Source: an uncultured Alphaproteobacteria bacterium (lineage in GTDB: Bacteria; Pseudomonadota; Alphaproteobacteria; CAAHEQ01; UBA3637). From it: a stretch of DNA of 64,000 bases. The notes under the pieces were generated by a model. The model saw only the letters and a list, made by a program, of their open reading frames with translations, did no database searches and had not been told where the DNA came from. The stretch covers positions 64,046-128,045 of the forward strand of contig CANQUX010000001.1 in NCBI GenBank assembly GCA_947627155.1, in the 5' to 3' direction. The stretch's first letter is position 1. Each line of letters opens with the position of its first letter. Positions 56,565-64,000 of this stretch are shown in pieces. The position numbers and the translations under genes were made by a program.

Positions 56565-57344
56565 ATGAATTTTAAAAATTTTGAGGGAAAAAGCGTTTTA
56601 ATTACCGGCGCATCAAGCGGAATCGGGGCGGCTTTGGCCGAAAGATTTTCAAAAATAAGCGCTATTCATCTTATTTTATGCGGCCGTAATCAAAAACGGT
56701 TGGAAAATACGGCAAAAATCTGTCGAAACCAAGGCGCTGCCGTTGAAACGCTCATTTTTGACGTGACAGATGAAGTTGCAACGAATGAAGCCATTCAAAA
56801 AGCCGCAAAATCCTTTAAAATTGATATTTTAATTGCCAATGCCGGTGTTTCATCGGGCTCGCTTCATATCAATCAAGACACAAAATCAACGCCCGATATT
56901 ATTCGCACCAATGTGTTCGGGGTGGTCAATACCGTTTTGCCCGTGATTGAATTGATGAAAAAACAAGGGCAGGGGCAAATTGCCCTGATGAGCTCAATGG
57001 CCGGTTACAGAGGATTAAGAAATTGTCCGGCTTATTCGGCTTCAAAAAGCTTTGTCAAAGCTTGGGGGGAAGCTTTACGCGGCTATTTAATGAAAGATAA
57101 TATTAAAGTCAATGTTATTTGTCCGGGATTCGTTAAAACGCCTTTAACCGATACAAATACCTTTAAAATGCCGCTTCTCATGCCGGCTCATAAAGCTGCC
57201 GAGATTATTATTAAAGGATTATATCAAAATAAATCGGTGATTGCTTTTCCGGCACCTTTGGCCTTTGCCGCTTGGACGGGAAGCATTTTGCCGGCCGGTC
57301 TTTTAAGCCTGATTTTAAAATGCTTACCGCAAAAAGAGAAATAA
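56565..57344 (+). CDS. Short-chain dehydrogenase/reductase.
   Basis: TGASSGIG cofactor motif and YxxxK (YSASK). Confidence 0.8.
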   Translation: MNFKNFEGKSVLITGASSGIGAALAERFSKISAIHLILCGRNQKRLENTAKICRNQGAAVETLIFDVTDEVATNEAIQKAAKSFKIDILIANAGVSSGSLHINQDTKSTPDIIRTNVFGVVNTVLPVIELMKKQGQGQIALMSSMAGYRGLRNCPAYSASKSFVKAWGEALRGYLMKDNIKVNVICPGFVKTPLTDTNTFKMPLLMPAHKAAEIIIKGLYQNKSVIAFPAPLAFAAWTGSILPAGLLSLILKCLPQKEK

Positions 57345-57407
57345 CCGTTGCATTTTATAATAAATTTTGCTATATACAAAATATTAAATAATTAAAGAGA
57401 GGTTAAA

Positions 57408-58091
57408 ATGATTAAAGAAAATCCCATTGATGAAGCCGAACGCATTCAACAAGCTGTTTTAATGCGCGAGGTGGAAGAAGAAATTCAAAAAGAAAAGTTA
57501 TTGAATTTTTGGAAAAAATATCGTTTCTTAATTATCGGCGGCATTATCGGTGTTGTTGCTTTCACCTGCGGAAACGAAGTTTATCGCATGTGGTATGAAA
57601 AAACACGCTTATCCGAATCGAATCGCTTTGAACAGGCGGTTATTTTAAATTATACCGGTAATTCCGAAGAAGCTGCAAAAATTTATACTGATTTGGCGCA
57701 AAATGCCCATACGGGTTATAAAGAATTGGCATTGTTAAGATTGGCCGCCATTGCGCATGAAAGCGGTGATGATAAAAATGCAGGCATTTATTTAAAACAA
57801 GTTATCGAATCAGGCGAATCGCCCGAGTTAAAAGATGCGGCGCGCGTGACTTATGTCGGCTATCAAATTGATCAAAATCCGAATGAAGCGTTATTAACGT
57901 TTTTACAACCCGTTTTAAATCAACCTGCAAATGCTTTGTATGCGTCCGCCGTTGAATTGCAGGCGGCATTGCTGGTTAAATTAAAAAAGAATCAGGAAGC
58001 TAAGCAAGCCATTCAAAATGCTTTAAGCAATCAATTCTTAACGCCTGTTTCAAAAGACAGATTAAATGCTTTGTCGGCAGTTATTAAATAA
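57408..58091 (+). CDS. YfgM-like TPR membrane protein (conserved upstream of bamB).
   Basis: Single TM after a charged N-terminus, then a TPR-like helical domain. Synteny with bamB and der. Confidence 0.55.
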   Translation: MIKENPIDEAERIQQAVLMREVEEEIQKEKLLNFWKKYRFLIIGGIIGVVAFTCGNEVYRMWYEKTRLSESNRFEQAVILNYTGNSEEAAKIYTDLAQNAHTGYKELALLRLAAIAHESGDDKNAGIYLKQVIESGESPELKDAARVTYVGYQIDQNPNEALLTFLQPVLNQPANALYASAVELQAALLVKLKKNQEAKQAIQNALSNQFLTPVSKDRLNALSAVIK

Positions 58092-58104
58092 AAAAGGGGG
58101 AAAA

Positions 58105-59373
58105 ATGAAAAAACTGTTATCGGTTTTTGTGATTTGTGCTTTATTAGCCGCTTGTACCAATTCAAAACGCCCCGTTCCGCCCGGTGAACGATTGGCGGTT
58201 AAAAATACGGCTGCTGCGGAAATACAAAAAGCCTCAACGCAGGTAGAAGTCGGAAAAACAATTTCCGATTTTAATTGGTCGCAAAATAACGGAAATGCTA
58301 AGAACTTAATGCCGCACGGACAATTAAGCGATTCGCCGCAAGTTGTTTGGAAGCAATCCGTCGGTAAGGGAATTAGCGATGATAATTTGCTTTTGCCTGA
58401 ACCTGTTGTTCATTACGGCATTGTTTATGCGTTGGATTCGGCTTTTCGGCTATCTGCCGTTCGCGCAAAAGACGGTCAATTGATGTGGCAAACCGCACTG
58501 CCGGTACCCGAAGATTTGGGATTGGCCAGCATCGGCTTGGCGGCCGATTCGAATGCCGTTTATGCCGTTGGCGGTAACGGTATGATTTATGCTGTTGATT
58601 TTGAAGGTAAAATCTTATGGCAAAAAAACACAAACTCTATTTTGCGTTCGGCACCGACCATTGAAAAAGGCGTTTTATATGTGTTATCCGGTAATAATGA
58701 ATTATTTGCGTTGGATTCTTTAAACGGTGAAGAAATTTGGCGGTATCAAAATTTATCGACCATGACAAACTTGTTGGGCATGGGGCAACCGGCCGTTTCA
58801 AACGGTGTGTTGGTTGTTCCGTTTTCAAGCGGCGAGATTATTGCATTCGATGCCAAAACCGGCGTTATGCTTTGGTCTGATGCCTTGCTTTCCGCGCGCA
58901 CCTTTAATAAAATTCAAGACATTTCTCATGTTTTAGCGGCGCCCGTAATTGAAGGAAATACGGTTTATTTGGTCGGAAATGCTCAAAAAACGGGAGCATA
59001 CGATTTACGCACGGGTACTTCAAAATATGTGCAAAATATCGGCGGAACATCAACGCCGGTTGTGAGCGGCAATGCCTTGTTTTTAATTACAAGCCGTAAT
59101 ACATTGGCAGCTTTGGAAAAATCAACGGGGCGTTTACTCTGGGAAATGCCGCTCGAATCGAAAGAGATGAAAAATATTGTTTGGAACGGACCCGTATTAG
59201 CCGGCCATCGCTTGATTGTTGTTTCCAATAAGGGTGATGTTGTTTTATTTGATGCCGAAAACGGTGAAATCAAACAAACTCTTCAAAGAGACGGCTTTTC
59301 CAATAAGCCCGTTTTAGGCGACGGAAAAGTGATTTTGTTCTCCAATAATGCCGAATTGGTTGCTTATCAATAA
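58105..59373 (+). CDS. bamB: Outer membrane protein assembly factor BamB.
   Basis: Lipobox LLAAC. PQQ-like beta-propeller repeats. Start at MKKLL with RBS GGGGGA. Confidence 0.85.
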   Translation: MKKLLSVFVICALLAACTNSKRPVPPGERLAVKNTAAAEIQKASTQVEVGKTISDFNWSQNNGNAKNLMPHGQLSDSPQVVWKQSVGKGISDDNLLLPEPVVHYGIVYALDSAFRLSAVRAKDGQLMWQTALPVPEDLGLASIGLAADSNAVYAVGGNGMIYAVDFEGKILWQKNTNSILRSAPTIEKGVLYVLSGNNELFALDSLNGEEIWRYQNLSTMTNLLGMGQPAVSNGVLVVPFSSGEIIAFDAKTGVMLWSDALLSARTFNKIQDISHVLAAPVIEGNTVYLVGNAQKTGAYDLRTGTSKYVQNIGGTSTPVVSGNALFLITSRNTLAALEKSTGRLLWEMPLESKEMKNIVWNGPVLAGHRLIVVSNKGDVVLFDAENGEIKQTLQRDGFSNKPVLGDGKVILFSNNAELVAYQ

Positions 59374-59385
59374 CAGAGGAGTCAC

Positions 59386-60780
59386 ATGAAAACGGTTGCA
59401 ATCGTCGGACGGACAAATGTCGGAAAATCAACATTATTTAACCGCTTGTGCGGCCGTCGTTTAGCCATTGTTCATGATGAAGCGGGTGTAACACGAGACA
59501 GAAAAGAAGCCGAAGCGCATTTAATGGATCTTTCTTTTCGTTTGGTTGATACGGCAGGACTTGAAGAAACAACAGAATTGGCAGAAGCCATGTGGCAACA
59601 AACGCAAACCGCCGTTGCACAGGCCGATGTTGTTTTGGCTGTTGTTGACGGGCGTGATGATGTGATGCCGCTAGATGTTAAAATGGCACAAGTTTTGCGT
59701 AAATCAGGTAAAAAAATTATTTTACTTGCGAATAAATGTGAAGGAAAAATTGCCCATTTGGCCGGATCATTTTACCGCTTGGGATTAGGAGATCCCATTC
59801 CCGTTTCTGCCGAACACGGGTTAGGATTAGCTGATTTACATGAGGCTCTCAAAAAAGTATTGCCCAAAGAAGAAAGGAAGCCGATCGAACAACAACCGAT
59901 AATTGATGATGAAAATATATTGCATGATAAAGAAAAAGAACGGCTGATTCGTCAAAGTAAACCCTTAAAATTGGCCATTGTCGGTCGGCCGAATGTGGGA
60001 AAATCAACTTTGATTAACACGCTTCTCGGAAAAGAGCGGTTATTGACCGGTCCTGTGGCAGGAGTCACGCGCGATGCCGTTACCATTCCTTGGGAATGGC
60101 GCGGACGGCAAATTTTATTAACGGATACGGCCGGTTTAAGAAAACAAGGAAAAATAGAACACGAATTAGAAAAAATTTCGGTTGCCGATACTTTAAATGC
60201 CATTGATTTTGCCGAAGTTGTTATTTTGGTGTTAGATGCTGCTCAACCGATGGAAAAACAAGATTTATTGATTGCTTCAAAAGTTTTAAATGAAGGGCGT
60301 TGTTTATTGATTGCCCTTAATAAATGGGATACGATTGAACGGCAAAAACAGGTGTTAAATGCCCTCAAAGAAAAATTAGCCGTTTCCTTGCAACAGGTGA
60401 AAGGTTTACCCGTTCATACCGTTTCTGCAAAAACAGGGTATGGATTGGACAGAATGATGAGCGATGTGTTTAAGCTTTATGAATTATGGAACAAACGGGT
60501 GCCAACCCATAAATTAAATGACTTTTTAGCACGTATGACTCAAGCGCATCCGACACCGGTTGCTTCGAACGGGAAACGAATTCCCATGAAATATATGACG
60601 CAGGTCAGTACGCGTCCGCCGGCATTTGTTATTTTTTCAAGCAATCCCGATTCCCTACCGGAATCTTATTTACGCTATTTGTCAAACGGTTTAAGAAGTG
60701 CCTACGGTTTAGAAGGCGTTCCTATTCGAATTACAATGCGAAAACGAGCGAATCCCTATGAAAAAAAACGCATTAAATAA
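59386..60780 (+). CDS. der: Ribosome biogenesis GTPase Der (EngA).
   Basis: Two tandem G domains (GRTNVGKST; GRPNVGKST) plus a KH-like C-terminal domain. Confidence 0.9.
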   Translation: MKTVAIVGRTNVGKSTLFNRLCGRRLAIVHDEAGVTRDRKEAEAHLMDLSFRLVDTAGLEETTELAEAMWQQTQTAVAQADVVLAVVDGRDDVMPLDVKMAQVLRKSGKKIILLANKCEGKIAHLAGSFYRLGLGDPIPVSAEHGLGLADLHEALKKVLPKEERKPIEQQPIIDDENILHDKEKERLIRQSKPLKLAIVGRPNVGKSTLINTLLGKERLLTGPVAGVTRDAVTIPWEWRGRQILLTDTAGLRKQGKIEHELEKISVADTLNAIDFAEVVILVLDAAQPMEKQDLLIASKVLNEGRCLLIALNKWDTIERQKQVLNALKEKLAVSLQQVKGLPVHTVSAKTGYGLDRMMSDVFKLYELWNKRVPTHKLNDFLARMTQAHPTPVASNGKRIPMKYMTQVSTRPPAFVIFSSNPDSLPESYLRYLSNGLRSAYGLEGVPIRITMRKRANPYEKKRIK

Positions 60781-60810
60781 TAAAGTCATTTGCCTGAAAA
60801 AGGGGAAAAA

Positions 60811-61251
60811 ATGAAAAAAACATTCCTTTGTTATCTGATTGTTTGCGGTATTATCGGCCCGGCAAATGCTAAATATTTAGGACAGTTATCGGCAAATCCT
60901 TATGCCGTCAATTCCACCTCAAATCCTGTCGGTCGCTATGGCAGTCCGTATTCGGCTGACAGTATCAACAATCCTTTCGGAGAATTCGGCAGTGAATATT
61001 CATCTTCATCGGCACATAATTCCTATTCTTACGGAAATGCCTCACTCAAACTTTATGATGCCGAAGGGAATTTCCGAGGTAATTTAAATGATAATCCGTA
61101 TGATCCGGATTCCATTGCTAATCCTTACGGTCGCTACGGCAGCCCTTATTCGGCTGACAGCATCAATAATCCCTACGGTGCCGGAAGTCCTTATCGCTAT
61201 GACAGTCCGAATAATCCGTACGGAGACGGCTGGGAAATTCGTTACGAATAA
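60811..61251 (+). CDS. Secreted repeat protein (NPYG / SPYSADSINNPYG repeats).
   Basis: Signal peptide. Four or more degenerate repeats. An imperfect 60-bp DNA repeat lies at 60921-60980 and 61121-61180. Confidence 0.5.
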   Translation: MKKTFLCYLIVCGIIGPANAKYLGQLSANPYAVNSTSNPVGRYGSPYSADSINNPFGEFGSEYSSSSAHNSYSYGNASLKLYDAEGNFRGNLNDNPYDPDSIANPYGRYGSPYSADSINNPYGAGSPYRYDSPNNPYGDGWEIRYE

Positions 61252-61273
61252 TTGTTATTTAAATAAGGTGATT

Positions 61274-62554
61274 TTATAATTCAACGCTTTTTTGAACGGC
61301 CAGCAGAAAATCTTTTCCGCGTTCTTCAAAGTTTTTATATAAATTATAGCTCGGTGCGGCCGGTGATAATAACACAATACCGGTTTCGGGTGTAACGGCA
61401 AAAGCCTTTTGCACGGCATTTAACATATTTTCTTCATATGAAGCCGATAATCCGGCTTTTCGGGCTTCTTGATAAAGGCGTTTTCCGGTATCGGGCAGGG
61501 CAATAATAAACAGCTTTTCTTTTAATGGCAGGATATAACGAATCAATGTTTCATAATTTTGCCCGCGATCGAATCCGCCAGCAATAAGAGTGATATAAGG
61601 AAAATTTTCAAACGTTTTTAAGGCGGCAATCGTTGATTCGGGTGTTGTTGAAATACTGTCATCGATAAATTGAATATGACGATATGTTCCAAGATTCTGC
61701 AATCGATGGGGCAGTGGCCGAACATTTTGAAATCCTTGCCTTATTTTTTCCGGTTCGATTGATAAATTCAGAAGAGACAACAAACTTAATGCCGCACAGG
61801 CATTGACGGCATTATGTAATCCCGAAAGCGGTAAGGAATGAACAGGAATCACTTTTTTTGACGCATTATAAAAATAATTATCTTTGATATGCCATGTGGT
61901 GTTTGTGTTAAAATAGCGAATATTTGATAAATTTTTCAAATGTTTCATTATTTCTTCATTCGATCCGTTAACCGCCGCCTGATCGGAAAGTTTTATCAAT
62001 CGGCATTTATCATTGTAATAATTTTCATGCGTTTGGTGCCATTGCAAATGTTCGGGATATAAATTAAGTAAAACCGCAGCATTGCAACCGTATTGAAGTG
62101 AGGCACATTGATAGCTTGATAATTCCGCCACCACAAAATGTAAGTCATCGGAAAGTAAATCCAGTAACGGTTTACCGATATTTCCGCCCAAAGCGGTACA
62201 CGCATCATATTGTGAAAGAAGATGATAAATAATTGAAGAAGTTGTACTTTTCCCTTTGGTTCCCGTTACGCCGATAACTGTTGTCATCGGCTTTTTATTG
62301 GCTAAAAATAAATTGGTACCGGTCGTAAAAAGAATGCCTTGTTGTTTTGCTTTTTCAATTTCCGGCCGATAAATGCTGACGCCCGGGGAAGTAATAACAA
62401 CCTCACAATCGAAAAGGCAATTTAAACTTGAATCATCAAACAAAACAATTTTTGCATTCGGCACAAACCGTTGCAGGGCTTTTTGAGCAGACAAACCTTC
62501 ACGTCCTTGTCCCCAAATGCCGATTGTTTTATGTTGCAATGCTTCCCACTTCAT
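61274..62554 (-). CDS. murD: UDP-N-acetylmuramoylalanine--glutamate ligase (MurD family), located outside any dcw cluster.
   Basis: Mur ligase P-loop GVTGTKGKST and MurD-like N-terminus (IGIWGQGREG). 426 aa. Confidence 0.8.
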   Translation of the reverse strand: MKWEALQHKTIGIWGQGREGLSAQKALQRFVPNAKIVLFDDSSLNCLFDCEVVITSPGVSIYRPEIEKAKQQGILFTTGTNLFLANKKPMTTVIGVTGTKGKSTTSSIIYHLLSQYDACTALGGNIGKPLLDLLSDDLHFVVAELSSYQCASLQYGCNAAVLLNLYPEHLQWHQTHENYYNDKCRLIKLSDQAAVNGSNEEIMKHLKNLSNIRYFNTNTTWHIKDNYFYNASKKVIPVHSLPLSGLHNAVNACAALSLLSLLNLSIEPEKIRQGFQNVRPLPHRLQNLGTYRHIQFIDDSISTTPESTIAALKTFENFPYITLIAGGFDRGQNYETLIRYILPLKEKLFIIALPDTGKRLYQEARKAGLSASYEENMLNAVQKAFAVTPETGIVLLSPAAPSYNLYKNFEERGKDFLLAVQKSVEL

Positions 62555-63900
62555 ATTTTCAGACCCTCATGAAAAATATTCAACACAAGTGAAGCTGTTT
62601 CATCTGGTATTAAGTGAAAGGGGAGGGGTGTGAGATATTTTCTCAACAAATCTTCTTGTAATGATTTAATTTTTTCAGATAACTCTTTAACAATCAAATC
62701 ATTTTTCCACTCATCTTTTTGGGATAATATTTGAAGAGCCGTTCTTGATTCATCAATTTCCCCCACACATTCGAACGGTTTATGCCCTTGTAACCCCAGT
62801 AATTCTTCATAGCCGCCAAGCTGTGTTTCCTCATTTAAAAGATTGCTGCCGATAGAAGAAATTAAAGTTTCTTTCGGGATAAAGGGAGCTAATATCAAAA
62901 AAACAAAGCGACATTTATCACATGCCCCGCACCAAGCGGTTAATCTTTTCTTTTCATTTAAGCGAAAAGCTTTGTTGCAGCTGGTAAATACCAAAAAGTA
63001 GGGTTGGCAATAGTGAGCGAACAATTTAGCAATGGCCAATTCGCTTAACGGACGCAGCAATGAAAAATAACGAAAATCAGGCGTTACGGATTGTGTTAAC
63101 CGATAAAAATTTTCTTCAAACTCAAAAGATTTGCTGTATTGATGGTTAATCATCAATTTCCCTTGCATTAAATTACCGCTGTTTGCCGATCGTTCGCATG
63201 ATAAAGCAACATATCGATAGTCATATAAAACAGCAGCCCCCCAAAGCAGAAAAGCCAACATGCCCGTAATCGGCACATGTCCGTTGGTAACACCCGATTG
63301 ATTAAGCTCAATTAACTGCCGGTCAATTTGCCTGGTTATATTATATGAAGGCAAACCTGATATGTGCATACAATCGAGAATAGGGCGGGCATTTCCGACG
63401 GCGATTGTGGTTGCAGTTTCTTTTATTTTTTTCATTATTTCAATTGTTAAGCACGAATCTTTTCCGCCACCGACCGGCACAAGATATCTTTTTTGAAGTG
63501 TTACAAAAACGGGCTTTTCTTCTTTTTCCTCAAACGGGAAGCTGATTAAACCTTGTAAATTCAAATGATTGCGAACGGCAAATTCACCCAATCCGCTTTC
63601 ATAGAAACGATTGAAAAACAATGCTTCTGCTTTTGAAAGTGTTCCCGATTCAATGATGATTTCACACGGACAAAATGCTTTATAATAACTGATTCCGAAA
63701 GCAATGTGTGCCAAGAAAAAAATATGATTTAACGCTTGATTTTGAAGCTCATTTAATTGAAACGGCGCTTGCGGAAAAACAATTCTTTCCGTAAATGAGA
63801 GCCTTTTTTCCGGCAGATTCATTTCGTAGCAAAATGTTAATTCCCCTGTTTTTGAATTAAAAAAGTAATTTTTATAATAAAATCTCTTGCACAAAATCAT
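62551..63900 (-). CDS. PP-loop/QueC-like ATP pyrophosphatase-family protein, translationally coupled to murD. Candidate MurL-like epimerase.
   Basis: PP-loop-like GGGKDS and C-terminal CGACDKCR (CGxCxxC-R) zinc-motif as in QueC. About 140-aa N-terminal extension. ATGA overlap with murD. Confidence 0.45.
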   Translation of the reverse strand: MILCKRFYYKNYFFNSKTGELTFCYEMNLPEKRLSFTERIVFPQAPFQLNELQNQALNHIFFLAHIAFGISYYKAFCPCEIIIESGTLSKAEALFFNRFYESGLGEFAVRNHLNLQGLISFPFEEKEEKPVFVTLQKRYLVPVGGGKDSCLTIEIMKKIKETATTIAVGNARPILDCMHISGLPSYNITRQIDRQLIELNQSGVTNGHVPITGMLAFLLWGAAVLYDYRYVALSCERSANSGNLMQGKLMINHQYSKSFEFEENFYRLTQSVTPDFRYFSLLRPLSELAIAKLFAHYCQPYFLVFTSCNKAFRLNEKKRLTAWCGACDKCRFVFLILAPFIPKETLISSIGSNLLNEETQLGGYEELLGLQGHKPFECVGEIDESRTALQILSQKDEWKNDLIVKELSEKIKSLQEDLLRKYLTPLPFHLIPDETASLVLNIFHEGLKI

Positions 63901-63970
63901 TTTTCCTTTTACAATACATTTAAGTTTTGTTATACATTAAACCGAGAAAAAAGCAAGAGGATTTTTAAAA

Positions 63971-64000
63971 TGGCATCTAAAAAAAGAAAATCAATCGCGG
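63971..64000 (+). CDS. Start of an unidentified CDS, truncated at the window end.
   Basis: RBS AAGAGGA then ATG GCA TCT AAA AAA AGA..., running to the end of the window. Confidence 0.2.

Noticed and set aside
1-64000. Mobile elements (IS, transposase, integrase, phage genes).
   Set aside because: No protein with DDE/transposase, tyrosine/serine recombinase or phage structural hallmarks was recognised in any frame.

Overview
This 64 kb window is a gene-dense chromosomal segment of a low-GC (roughly 38-40% by eye) alphaproteobacterium. Characteristic alphaproteobacterial synteny is present: ruvB-ybgC-tolQRAB, hfq-hflX, the yfgM-like gene with bamB and der, the gpmI-envC-like pair, a short-form hprK followed by EIIA(Man) and NPr, and tolC followed by a DUF2497-like gene. 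At least four ankyrin-repeat proteins, a MORN-repeat protein, a Stealth-family phosphotransferase and eukaryote-like cysteine-rich modules suggest a host-associated, possibly intracellular, lifestyle. A Holosporales- or Rickettsiales-like symbiont of protists is a reasonable guess but cannot be proven from sequence alone.

Housekeeping content includes argS, valS, lysS, gpmI, murD, a single-polypeptide pyruvate:ferredoxin oxidoreductase, scoAB, nfo and endonuclease I. There are six tRNA genes: fMet, Val-CAC, Arg-CCT, Asn-GUU, Cys-GCA and Leu-CAA.

No transposase, integrase, CRISPR array or recognisable defence system was seen.

The most unusual material is at 53.0-55.4 kb. A GC-rich gene encodes a 470-aa protein with a type IV pilin-like N-terminus and eukaryote-like cysteine-rich repeats. 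It is bracketed by a previously unannotatable family of nested-hairpin palindromic repeats: 4.5 tandem units downstream and one divergent unit upstream. Stem sequences in these units covary while the internal loops are conserved.

A second pilin-like locus at 4.6-7.9 kb is an operon of a LamG-like protein and a 563-aa pilin-like protein, driven by a strong extended -10 promoter. It has no pilus assembly genes nearby.

A dcw-external murD is translationally coupled to a PP-loop/QueC-like ATPase, a candidate MurD2/MurL-type pair. pal is absent from its expected position after tolB.
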